A DNA stretch of 64,000 nt, taken from assembly GCA_963752715.1 (NCBI GenBank), contig CAVVZQ010000005.1, positions 10,030 to 74,029 on the forward strand. The letters are read 5' to 3'. The translations under genes and the position numbers were made by a program. Each line of letters begins with the position of its first letter. The first letter of the stretch is position 1. This document shows positions 1 to 8,612 of this stretch, piece by piece. The DNA comes from an uncultured Actinomycetota bacterium (GTDB lineage Bacteria > Actinomycetota > Actinomycetes > Mycobacteriales > CAVVZQ01). The notes under the pieces were generated by a model. The model searched no databases and was not told the DNA's origin. It saw nothing but the letters and a program-made list of their open reading frames with translations.

Positions 1-399
1 GTGATCGTCATCGACGCCTCCGCCATGGTGGAAGCGCTGGTCGGCCGAGATGTCGACGTTGCCCTTCTCGACCTGCTCGAGGGCGACATCGCCGCTCCGC
101 ACCTGCTCGATGTCGAGGTCATGTCGGCGCTACGCGGACTCGAACGGGGCGGCAAGCTCGCAGACCCAGCGGCCGAACAGGCTCTCCGCGACCACTTCGC
201 CCTCGCCATCACCCGCCACGAGATGCTCCCGCTCGCCGAACGCGTATGGCAACTGCGTCACCAGTTCAGCAGCTACGACGCGTGCTATCTGGCCCTGGCA
301 GAAGCGCTCAACGTCCCGCTGCTCACGTGCGACTCCACGCTCGACAGGCCCGGACACGGCGCCCATACGGTCGTGGTCTCGCGGACGCACAGAGAGTAG
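1..399 (+). CDS. vapC: PIN-domain (VapC family) toxin; antitoxin presumably upstream of the window
   Basis: 132 aa, N-terminal IVIDASA, LDVEV..ALR, and SYDACYLALAE..L.TCD acidic PIN motifs. Confidence 0.88.
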   Translation: MIVIDASAMVEALVGRDVDVALLDLLEGDIAAPHLLDVEVMSALRGLERGGKLADPAAEQALRDHFALAITRHEMLPLAERVWQLRHQFSSYDACYLALAEALNVPLLTCDSTLDRPGHGAHTVVVSRTHRE

Positions 400-414
400 G
401 AGATGCGCTGCGTC

Positions 415-600
415 CTATCGCCGCGAGTCGCGCTGGCATGGATCTGCTTGTCTCACGATCGCGACGGGCCTCGGGGCGTCGTTGTCAGCCATGACGAAGC
501 GCCCGCCGGGGCGCAGCACCCGAAACACCTCGGCGCTGTCATAGGGCGCGAAGACAGCGGTGACTGCCGAGAACTCGCCGTCGCCGAAGGGGAGGACCAT
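415..600 (-). pseudogene. Remnant of a class I SAM-dependent methyltransferase
   Basis: Minus frame reads LPFGDGEFSAVTAV...AEVFRVLRPGGRFV (C-terminal half of the fold); no motif I glycine loop. Confidence 0.55.
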
Positions 601-717
601 CACCTGCGTCCTGGCCGGGGTGAGCCGCCGTGCCGCATGCCTGGTACGTCTTCGATGCATCCACGAGCACGGCCAGCACCTCACCCGGCTTTCGTCGTCC
701 CTGGTTCACTCGCGGTC

Positions 718-1953
718 ATGGGATCGCAGCGTGAACGGTGGCTGGAGCGCGTGCAGGACCGCTACCAGCCGACAGGCATCCTGGCGACGTTGGAGGACCC
801 GCGGCTGGGTGTGCGGGTCATGCTGGCCAACTGCCTCGTCCCGCCGGTACTGATTCTGCTGTCGGTCCTGGGCTGCTGGGCGTTGGGCGAGTCGGGGGTG
901 GCGTGGGTGCTGACCGGGTTCCTGGCTGCCCAACTGGTCGCGGCGGGCACGTTCCTCGGTCAGGGTGACGCCCGGCGTGCCGTGCTCATCCAGCTGTGGG
1001 CACTTCTGGTGGCGTCCACGGTCTGCCACGCGCTGCTGGGCGGTTTCGTGTGGTCCGGAGGGAGCCTGCTCTACGGCATCGCCGTCGCCGCCGGCGGAGC
1101 GCTGTTCATCGATCGGCGGACCGCGTACCTGCTGATGGCGGTCTGCCTGGCAGTGGCAGCTGTCATGGTGCCGCTGGAACCGGTACTGCAGGGGCGACGC
1201 GACCAGCCCCTGCTCGGGCTGTCGCTGTTCGTCATGGTCACGCTGTACGTGGCCATCCTGGTGCTCCTCGTCCCCTCGGCGGTGGCCACGGTTGACCGTC
1301 TGCGCTACGAGCAGGACCGCAGCCGGGCGCTGCTGCTCAACGTCCTGCCGGCCAGCGTCGCCGACCGGCTCAAAGCCGAGCCGGGGCTGATCGCGGACGA
1401 CTTCCCGTCGTGCAGCATTCTCTTCGCCGACCTGGTGGGCTTCACCTCGCACGCCCACAGCCAGCCGGCTGACCGTGTCGTCGCCGAGTTGAACACGGTG
1501 TTCACCAGGTTCGACACTCTGGTGGCTGCCAGCGGGGCGGAGAAGATCAAGACGATCGGGGACGGATACCTGGTCGCGTGCGGACTGCCCGACCCGGACC
1601 CCGGGCACGTCACGTCGGCCTGCCGGGTCGCCCTCGCCCTGCGCGACGCCATGCCCGACCTCAACGCGACGCTCGGCACGGACTTCCAGCTCCGAATCGG
1701 CCTGCACACCGGGCAGGCCGTAGCGGGCGTGATCGGCACGGCCAAGTTCTCCTACGACGTGTGGGGCGACACCGTCAACCTGGCCAGCCGCCTCGAGTCC
1801 ACCGGCGTGCCCGGCACCGTCTCCGTCTCAGCCGAGGTCGTCGCAGCAGCAGCGGACGGCTTCCGGTTCGAGCCGGCGGGACGTCGCGAGATGAAGGGCC
1901 GCGGGGAGGTCGAGGTCTACCACCTCGTCGCCCCGGCCCCCGCCGGGACATGA
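718..1953 (+). CDS. Membrane-anchored class III adenylate cyclase
   Basis: About 6 hydrophobic helices, then FADLVGFT, EKIKTIGDGY, YDVWGDTVNLASRLES; K/D specificity residues indicate ATP; start set at ATG 718. Confidence 0.9.
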   Translation: MGSQRERWLERVQDRYQPTGILATLEDPRLGVRVMLANCLVPPVLILLSVLGCWALGESGVAWVLTGFLAAQLVAAGTFLGQGDARRAVLIQLWALLVASTVCHALLGGFVWSGGSLLYGIAVAAGGALFIDRRTAYLLMAVCLAVAAVMVPLEPVLQGRRDQPLLGLSLFVMVTLYVAILVLLVPSAVATVDRLRYEQDRSRALLLNVLPASVADRLKAEPGLIADDFPSCSILFADLVGFTSHAHSQPADRVVAELNTVFTRFDTLVAASGAEKIKTIGDGYLVACGLPDPDPGHVTSACRVALALRDAMPDLNATLGTDFQLRIGLHTGQAVAGVIGTAKFSYDVWGDTVNLASRLESTGVPGTVSVSAEVVAAAADGFRFEPAGRREMKGRGEVEVYHLVAPAPAGT

Positions 1954-1973
1954 CGGCGTTCGACGGCGGGTCC

Positions 1974-2897
1974 TCACTCAGCGACGGCGATCACGAGCTT
2001 GCCTCGTACGTGACCCTGTCGGCTGCGTGTGAAGGCGGCCGGCAGCTGTTCGAGAGGCAGGACGTCGGCGACGGGCACGTGCAGGTCACCGGCGTCGGCG
2101 AGCCGGCCGAGCTCCACCAGCCCCTCGGCTGAGGGCCGTACCCAGAACCATGAGCCGCCTGTCTCCAGAACAGACCCGTCGGCGATGGAGGCATGCCGAC
2201 CATGACCACCCAGCACAGCCACAGTCACGTCGCGCACACCGCCGACGAAGTCAGCGACCACATCGACCCCATCCGGGGCGACGGTGCGCACCCGCTGCAC
2301 CAGCCCCTCGCCGTAGGCCACCGGGATCGCGCCAAGCTCGGCGAGGAACTCGTGGTTCGCTGGTGACGCGGTTGCGATCACGCGCGCGCCCCGCGCCCGG
2401 GCGATCTGCACAGCGAACGCTCCGACGCCACCCGCCCCGCCATGGATCACGACCGTGTCGGACGCAGTCACGGCAAGCCGGTCGAGCGTCTGCAACGCGG
2501 TCAGCCCCGCCAGCGGAAGACCGCCCGCCTCCTCCCAGCCGAGCGCCGCGGGCTTGGGAGCCACTCCCCGCACACTCATCGTCACCAGCTCAGCGAAGGT
2601 GCCACCGTGCAGGACGTCCTTGCGCGCGTACGCCACGACTTCATCGCCGATCGCGAACTCGGGCGCATCGATCCCGACCGCCTCGACGACCCCGGCGACG
2701 TCCCACCCCGGAACGACCGGGAAGACGGCGTCCATCAAGGCGTCGAGGCCACCCGACATGGCCTTCCAGTCGACCGGGTTCACCCCGGCACACCGGACCC
2801 GGATCCGCACCTCACCCGGGCCGACCTTCGGGTCGGGAAGCTCACGCAGACCCAGGACGTCCTCAGACCCGTACCTGTCGTACGCCATCGCTCTCAT
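1974..2897 (-). CDS. NADP-dependent oxidoreductase (MDR / quinone oxidoreductase-like)
   Basis: GVNPVDWK, PGWDVAGVV, HGGAGGVG, GKLVI. Confidence 0.9.
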   Translation of the reverse strand: MRAMAYDRYGSEDVLGLRELPDPKVGPGEVRIRVRCAGVNPVDWKAMSGGLDALMDAVFPVVPGWDVAGVVEAVGIDAPEFAIGDEVVAYARKDVLHGGTFAELVTMSVRGVAPKPAALGWEEAGGLPLAGLTALQTLDRLAVTASDTVVIHGGAGGVGAFAVQIARARGARVIATASPANHEFLAELGAIPVAYGEGLVQRVRTVAPDGVDVVADFVGGVRDVTVAVLGGHGRHASIADGSVLETGGSWFWVRPSAEGLVELGRLADAGDLHVPVADVLPLEQLPAAFTRSRQGHVRGKLVIAVAE

Positions 2898-3094
2898 GAG
2901 CCGACGCTAGCCCCGCAGCAGCAACCCGGCAGACCTCGCGCGGCAGCGGATCGAACCCCAGCACCAACCCAGGCCGGGAGCGGTACTCGGGTCGAAGGCA
3001 GCCGATACCCCTCCTCCACGTCCGGACGACGACGAGATACGGGGAGCCAAGGCGGCCCAGGCCGCACCGGGTCCTTCCGCCGCGAGTCGACTGC

Positions 3095-3200
3095 GGGAAG
3101 ATGGGAATCCGTCCAGCCCATCGCCGCCTGGAACAGTGTGTGGACAACGTCGAGGGTCAGATCGCCCCGCAATGACAGACGCCGCCAGATCCTCGATCGC
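3095..3200 (-). pseudogene. Remnant of a pRiA4b ORF-3-like protein
   Basis: IWRRLSLRGDLTLDVVHTLFQAAMGWTDSHL resembles the family N-terminal motif; similarity is lost on both sides. Confidence 0.55.
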
Positions 3201-3327
3201 CTGGTCAACCAGGCGGTCGGCAAGAGCGGCATCGCCGACCGAAGGCGGTAGGGGTGGTCTGGCTTACCCTTCTCTGCGGACGCTGCACCACGTTCACGGC
3301 GGCGGGTGTGGAGAAGGAAGGCTGAGA

Positions 3328-3840
3328 ATGTCCCCCAAGCAGACTGAGTCCGAGATCGGGTCCGAGATCGGGTCCGAGATCGGGTCCGAGTCTGAGTCCG
3401 AGTCGGGTTCCGGCTCGTCCGACGGCTTCAGCGCGGAGGAGCGCGCCGCTATGAAGGAGCGTGCCGCCGAGCTGCGCGCTGAAGGAAAGAAGGGAGCCAA
3501 GCGAGCAGACGGCCTGCAGGCGGTCCTCGACAGGATCGCCGAGATGGCGCCCGAGGATCGCGCGCTCGCCGAGCGCGTGCACGTGGTGGTGACCGGGATC
3601 GCCCCCGAGCTGTACCCCAAGACCTGGTACGGGATGCCTGCCTACGCCAACGCGGACGGCAAGGTCGTCGTCTTCTTCCAGGACGCGGGCAAGTTCAAGT
3701 ACCGGTACTCGACGCTGGGCTTCCAGGAAGCGGCGACGCTCGACGACGGAGCCATGTGGCCGGTGTCGTACGCGCTGCTGAGCTGGAGTCCAGACGTGGA
3801 GCGGAAGGTCGTCGAGCTGGTCAAGGCCGCCGTTTCCTGA
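3328..3840 (+). CDS. DUF1801 (YdhG-like) protein
   Basis: GFSAEERAAMKERA...PKTWYGMPAYA...FKYRYSTLGF...MWP; SD-like AAGGAAGG before ATG 3328. Confidence 0.85.
   Translation: MSPKQTESEIGSEIGSEIGSESESESGSGSSDGFSAEERAAMKERAAELRAEGKKGAKRADGLQAVLDRIAEMAPEDRALAERVHVVVTGIAPELYPKTWYGMPAYANADGKVVVFFQDAGKFKYRYSTLGFQEAATLDDGAMWPVSYALLSWSPDVERKVVELVKAAVS
3349..3390. repeat. 12-bp in-frame tandem repeat TCCGAGATCGGG (SEIG) x3.5
   Basis: Copies at 3349, 3361, 3373, partial at 3385. Confidence 0.9.
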
Positions 3841-3880
3841 CAGCCGCCACAGGGAGCACGGTGGTCCCCCGCGGCGGCTG
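3841..3880. terminator. GC-rich hairpin between convergent genes, possible bidirectional terminator
   Basis: CAGCCGCC...GGCGGCTG inverted repeat right after the stop codon; no U-tract. Confidence 0.4.
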
Positions 3881-3903
3881 CGTCGGGTCTGCGAGGTGCC
3901 GCC

Positions 3904-5757
3904 CTACTCGTCGGCCTCCGCGTCAAGCGCAGCACTGATCCTGCGGTGGGCCTCCCAGATCGCCTCGGGCAGGTTGTCGAACTGCTCGAGGTGCGTCGTA
4001 CGGTGCTCCATCTCTTGGCGCCACCGGGGCACATTGATGGACAGGATCGTCTCCAGGTCCTCGGGGGAGATGTCGACCCCGTCGAGGTGGAGCTCCTCCG
4101 CCGTGGGAATGATCCCGACCGGCGTGTCACGCCCGGTCACCTCGCCGTTCTTCAGCCTCATCAGCCAGAGCAGCGGGCGCAGGTTCTCCCGGTACCCGGG
4201 CCACAGGAAGTGCCCGTCCTCGGGGTCCCGCTGGAACCAGTTGACGTGCGCGAAGACCGGCTGCACCTTCGCCGAGCCGATGATCTTGAGCCAGTGCTCG
4301 GCGTAGGGACCCTCGGGGTAGGACATGAACGGGCGCATCGACATGGGGTCGTAGCGCAGCTCGCCTTCCTTGCCCTCGGCGGCGAACGTGGCCTCGGCAC
4401 CCAGTGTCAGGCCGTCGTAGACGCCCTCGGCGAGGTCGTGCATCGCACGGATGAGGGGCTCGCGGTCCCGGGTGCGCCCGCCGAAGATGATGGCGTCGAT
4501 CGGCACGCCCCGGGGCTCGTTGAAGTCGGGGGCGACGTTGGGCACGGTCGTCAGCGTGGTGGTGAACCGGCTGTTGGGGTGCGCCCACGGGTCGTCCCGC
4601 CGCTCCGCCGGCCGGTCGGCGATGAGCTCGCCCTTCCAGTCACGCCAGCCGGTGACGTCCGCCGGGGGCTGCGGCGTCTTGCCCTCCCACCAGACCTCCT
4701 GCGTCACGTCGTTGTAGGCGACGTTGGTGAACAGCGCCTGGGTGCCTTCGGCGACAGCCGCGACGGCCGTCGGGTTCGTGGTCTCGTTGGTGTCCTTGGC
4801 CACGCCGAACACACCGAACTCCGGGTTCATCCCGTACAGCCGACCGTCTTCCGGGTCCACCCAGAGCCAGGCGATGTCGTCGCCGTAGAAAGTGACGTGG
4901 TAGCGGTCGCCGAGGGCGTCCGGGGCCAGCATCATCGCAAGGTTGGTCTTGCCCGAGGCGCTCGGGAAGCCACCGCAGATGTGGTAGGTCTGGCCGGTCT
5001 GCTTGTCCTTGATGCCGAGGAGCATGAACTGCTCGGCGAGGAACTGACCGGAGTCCCAGCCGTCGTAGGCGGCCTGGCGCAGGCCGTGGGCGATCTTGCC
5101 CAGCAGGGCGTTCCCGCCGTAGGAGGAGCCGTAGTGCAGGATGGTCCGCTCGTCCGCCACCGTCACGAAGTAGCGCTTGTCCTCAGGGGTGCCCTGACCC
5201 AGGTTCTCCAGGTCGCCGGTGACGTGGACAGCGCGGACGAAGCGGCTGGGATGGCTGAGGTTCTCGATGAACTGCACACCGACCCGCGCCATGCGGATCA
5301 TGTGGAGCACCACGGTGCGGTGGTCGGTGAGCTCGACTCCGGCGGAGAAGTCCTCCAGCGGTGATCCCGGCGGGGCCATCAGGTAGGGGATCACGTACAT
5401 CGTCTTGCCGGCGGAAGCGCCGCGCATCCGCTCCTCGAGCAGGGGGCGCATCTCCGACGCGGGCCGCCAGTTGTTGTAGATCCCCTTGTCCGCGGGGTTG
5501 TTCGTCGCTACGACGGTGCGCTCTTCGGAGCGGGCGGTGTCCTTGGAGTAGCTGCGCGAGTAGTAGAGCCCCTCGCCCGCCGGGAGAATCTCGCCCGCCT
5601 CGAGCGACTCCTCGATCAGTCGCTTGTCGTCGGAGGCGCTGACAACCTCGACGCGCTCCGGCTCGGTGACCGCTGCCCAGTAGTGGACGTAGTCGCGGAC
5701 CTCCGTGTTGGTGAGTCCGGCTTCGTCCAGCACCTTGTCCACGTCAGACGCGTTCAT
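3904..5757 (-). CDS. pckG: Phosphoenolpyruvate carboxykinase (GTP)
   Basis: YGGNALLGK, FPSASGKTNLAM, GDDIAW, NPEFGVFGVA, AHPNSRF, IIFGGR, VNWF. Confidence 0.93.
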   Translation of the reverse strand: MNASDVDKVLDEAGLTNTEVRDYVHYWAAVTEPERVEVVSASDDKRLIEESLEAGEILPAGEGLYYSRSYSKDTARSEERTVVATNNPADKGIYNNWRPASEMRPLLEERMRGASAGKTMYVIPYLMAPPGSPLEDFSAGVELTDHRTVVLHMIRMARVGVQFIENLSHPSRFVRAVHVTGDLENLGQGTPEDKRYFVTVADERTILHYGSSYGGNALLGKIAHGLRQAAYDGWDSGQFLAEQFMLLGIKDKQTGQTYHICGGFPSASGKTNLAMMLAPDALGDRYHVTFYGDDIAWLWVDPEDGRLYGMNPEFGVFGVAKDTNETTNPTAVAAVAEGTQALFTNVAYNDVTQEVWWEGKTPQPPADVTGWRDWKGELIADRPAERRDDPWAHPNSRFTTTLTTVPNVAPDFNEPRGVPIDAIIFGGRTRDREPLIRAMHDLAEGVYDGLTLGAEATFAAEGKEGELRYDPMSMRPFMSYPEGPYAEHWLKIIGSAKVQPVFAHVNWFQRDPEDGHFLWPGYRENLRPLLWLMRLKNGEVTGRDTPVGIIPTAEELHLDGVDISPEDLETILSINVPRWRQEMEHRTTHLEQFDNLPEAIWEAHRRISAALDAEADE

Positions 5758-5886
5758 TCGTCGCTCTTCCTCCCCGGAGACGCCCGTTACGGCCACGGTA
5801 CGGCGTCGGCGCCGTCCGTGTGGCTGACTGCGCCAGACCTATGACGCAGGTCGCCCCAGCGGCTGGTGCAGGTGGCGGTGGGGCGG

Positions 5887-6924
5887 TTAGAGCGAGGCCA
5901 GGAACCGCAGCGTCTCTCCCACGTACCAGGGCAGTTTCTTGCCGCGTTCGTGGAACCCCACGTGGCCGCCGAGCGCAGTGACGGCCCGGTGCACGTACCC
6001 GAGCTCGGCCAGGCCCTCCCAGTCCACCGCCCGGTACGGCCCGTCCGGGATCATCGGGTCGTCGACCGCGTGCACGACCAGCGTCGGGACCCGGATCCGG
6101 GGCAGGAACCGACCTGAGGAGTTCACCGCGTAGTACTCCGCTGCGTCCCGCCACCCGTTGCGGCGGGCGGTGATCAGATCGTCGAACTCCACGATCCGGG
6201 AGACGGCGCGGATGTCCTCGCGCTCCTGTGAGGTGAGTCCGTACGGCTGGGAGAGCGCGTCCCGTCGCAGCCCCGTCAGCAGGAACCTCTCGTACGCTCC
6301 CCAGGCCATGTGGTGCAGGTGCTCGGAGCCGACTGCCAGGTCGAGGGGAGCCGACACCGCGACTCCCGCCGCCACGGGCAGCCCTTGCAGTGGCTCGCCG
6401 AGCAGCTTCAGGGTGAGGTTGCCTCCCAGCGAGAACCCCATGACCGCGATCGACGCTGTTGTGCCGCCACAGGTGGCCTCGGGCAGCCGTGCCAGGACCC
6501 GCAGCACATCTCGGAGGTCCTCGGTGCGTCCCGCGTGGTAGAGGCCCGAGCTGTGCTCGAGGGAGCGTCCCGCTCCCCGCAGGTCCACACGAGCGACGTG
6601 GTGGCCGGCCGCGAGGAGGCCGGCCGTGGTGGCCACCACGTAGGACGACTCGGCGGACCCGCCCAGTCCGTGCACCAGTGCGACCAGGTACGGGGCAGCC
6701 GGGGGTCGGGTCGCGTCTGCCTGGTCGTGCCGGCGGGAGTGGTGCACCGCGACCACGATCTTGTCGCCGGTGCCGTCCGACAGGCCCACCAACCCGTAGC
6801 GGGTCGACCCCAGCGCATCCAGATCGTAGGAGCGGGGCAGCACCCGGCTCCGGATCGTCTGCAGGTGCGGGGAGGCCCAACCCCGGGGCGGGGCGAAGGA
6901 CCGGTTCACCAACGGCTCGGGCAC
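5887..6924 (-). CDS. YheT-family alpha/beta hydrolase
   Basis: PHLQT, VHGLGGS, YHAGRTED, GFSLGG nucleophile, DDP, GGHVGF; start uncertain (frame open to 7113). Confidence 0.85.
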   Translation of the reverse strand: MPEPLVNRSFAPPRGWASPHLQTIRSRVLPRSYDLDALGSTRYGLVGLSDGTGDKIVVAVHHSRRHDQADATRPPAAPYLVALVHGLGGSAESSYVVATTAGLLAAGHHVARVDLRGAGRSLEHSSGLYHAGRTEDLRDVLRVLARLPEATCGGTTASIAVMGFSLGGNLTLKLLGEPLQGLPVAAGVAVSAPLDLAVGSEHLHHMAWGAYERFLLTGLRRDALSQPYGLTSQEREDIRAVSRIVEFDDLITARRNGWRDAAEYYAVNSSGRFLPRIRVPTLVVHAVDDPMIPDGPYRAVDWEGLAELGYVHRAVTALGGHVGFHERGKKLPWYVGETLRFLASL

Positions 6925-7130
6925 GGACGGAGAATCCCACCGCCCGGGATGCCGCGCACCGGCGGGCTGCCCGGGACCGCGGCTCAGCGCCAGCGCAGGG
7001 CGGACGGGCGACTGCGGCTGCGCTACCGCGTCCGGCACGAGCCCTGACCCAGCGTTGTCCCCGGGCGGGCACCAGGACCAGGTCTTGTCAAGCCGTGGAC
7101 CAGGGGTGACCATCAGGGAGAGGTAGTGGC

Positions 7131-8597
7131 ATGTCCGCCGACCCGTGGGGCTTCACACGCTTCGGCCGCGTAGATCCACCCGTGCGGCCGGTGGGGGAAC
7201 GCGTGCATGACTGGCTTCCGCTCTACCGGTCCGTACCCCCCGACGAGGTTCAGCGCCAGGCCAACAGGTGCATGGACTGCGGGGTTCCGTTCTGTCACGC
7301 GGGATGCCCGCTGGGGAACCTGATACCCGAGTGGAACGAGCTGGTCGCCACCCAGGACTGGCGCGAGGCTGCCGAACGGCTGCACGCCACCAACAACTTC
7401 CCCGAGTTCACCGGCTGGCTGTGCCCGGCGCCGTGCGAGGACGCCTGCGTGCTGACCTTGACCGGCGATGGCTCGGTCACGATCAAGGAGGTCGAGCTCG
7501 CGATCATCGATCGGGCGTGGCAGGAGGGGTGGGTCACCCCCCAGCGCCCGCGGCAGCGTACGGGTGCGCGGGTGGCCGTGGTGGGCAGCGGTCCCGCGGG
7601 GCTGGCCGCGGCGCAGCAGCTCACTCGGGCGGGCCACGCCGTCGTTGTCCTGGAACGGCAGGACCACCTGGGAGGCCTGCTGCGCTACGGAATCCCGGAC
7701 TTCAAGCTGGAGAAGCGACTCATCGACCGCCGGATCGCCCAGATGGCCGCGGAGGGAACCACGTTCGTCGTCCGTACGGAGGTCGGCTCGGACCTGGGGG
7801 TCGCCGAGCTGCAAGCCGGGTTCGACGCCGTCGTGCTCGCCTGCGGTGCGACCCAGCCGAGGGACGTGCAGGTACCCGGCCGTGATCTCGTCGGCGTGCA
7901 CCAGGCCATGGACTACCTGCCGCAGGCCAACCGCGCGGTCCGTACCGGTGGTCGTCCCACTGTCGACGCCTCGGGCAAGAACGTCGTGATCATCGGCGGC
8001 GGGGACACTGCCGCCGACTGCCTCGGTACCGCGAGGCGGCAGGGTGCTCTGGAGATCCACCAGATCGATCACAACCCGGAGCCACCGAGGCACCGGGACG
8101 TGCTGGCGAACCCATGGCCCCAGGTCGCGCAGGTCCACCCGAGCGCACCCGTGTACTCGGAGGGCGTCGCAGAAGAGTGGGCCACCGAGGTCGTGGCCTT
8201 CGAGGGAGACGAGCGGGGCCGCGTCCGTGCGGTGCGGGGCCAGCATGTGCGCGCCGTGTACGACGAGGCGGGTACCCGAACCTTCGTTCGGACCTCCCAG
8301 GAGTTCCGCCTCGACGCGGAGCTGGTGCTCCTGGCCGCCGGGTTCACCGGGCCGGAGTCGGCGCCCTGGCTGGCACGGTGCGGTGTGGCGGTGTCCGGGA
8401 AGGGCCGCGTGTCCGTGGACGAGCACTGGCGCACTGACAAGGACGGGGTCTGGGCATGCGGTGACGCCACCAGAGGCGCCTCGCTGGTCGTGTGGGCGAT
8501 CGCCCAGGGCCGAGCGTGCGCCGCGGCGGTGGGTGCGGCACTGGGGGACGCCGGGGGCGTTCCAGCGGTCGTGACGCCGGCGACGCAGACGCTGTGA
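7131..8597 (+). CDS. gltD: Glutamate synthase small subunit (NAD(P)H-dependent)
   Basis: RCMDCGVPFCHAGCPLGNLIPEWN, TNNFPEFTG.LCPAPCE, GSGPAG, GGGDTAADC, GASLVVWAI. Confidence 0.92.
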   Translation: MSADPWGFTRFGRVDPPVRPVGERVHDWLPLYRSVPPDEVQRQANRCMDCGVPFCHAGCPLGNLIPEWNELVATQDWREAAERLHATNNFPEFTGWLCPAPCEDACVLTLTGDGSVTIKEVELAIIDRAWQEGWVTPQRPRQRTGARVAVVGSGPAGLAAAQQLTRAGHAVVVLERQDHLGGLLRYGIPDFKLEKRLIDRRIAQMAAEGTTFVVRTEVGSDLGVAELQAGFDAVVLACGATQPRDVQVPGRDLVGVHQAMDYLPQANRAVRTGGRPTVDASGKNVVIIGGGDTAADCLGTARRQGALEIHQIDHNPEPPRHRDVLANPWPQVAQVHPSAPVYSEGVAEEWATEVVAFEGDERGRVRAVRGQHVRAVYDEAGTRTFVRTSQEFRLDAELVLLAAGFTGPESAPWLARCGVAVSGKGRVSVDEHWRTDKDGVWACGDATRGASLVVWAIAQGRACAAAVGAALGDAGGVPAVVTPATQTL

Positions 8598-8612
8598 GGG
8601 CTGCCGCTAGTC

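Noticed and set aside
403-717. N-terminal extensions given by the ORF track for the cyclase (also for aroA, pdtaS-like kinase, gabD, LCP, DUF4435-like genes)
   Set aside because: Low-complexity read-through overlapping other genes; starts were reassigned by homology and SD or overlap signals
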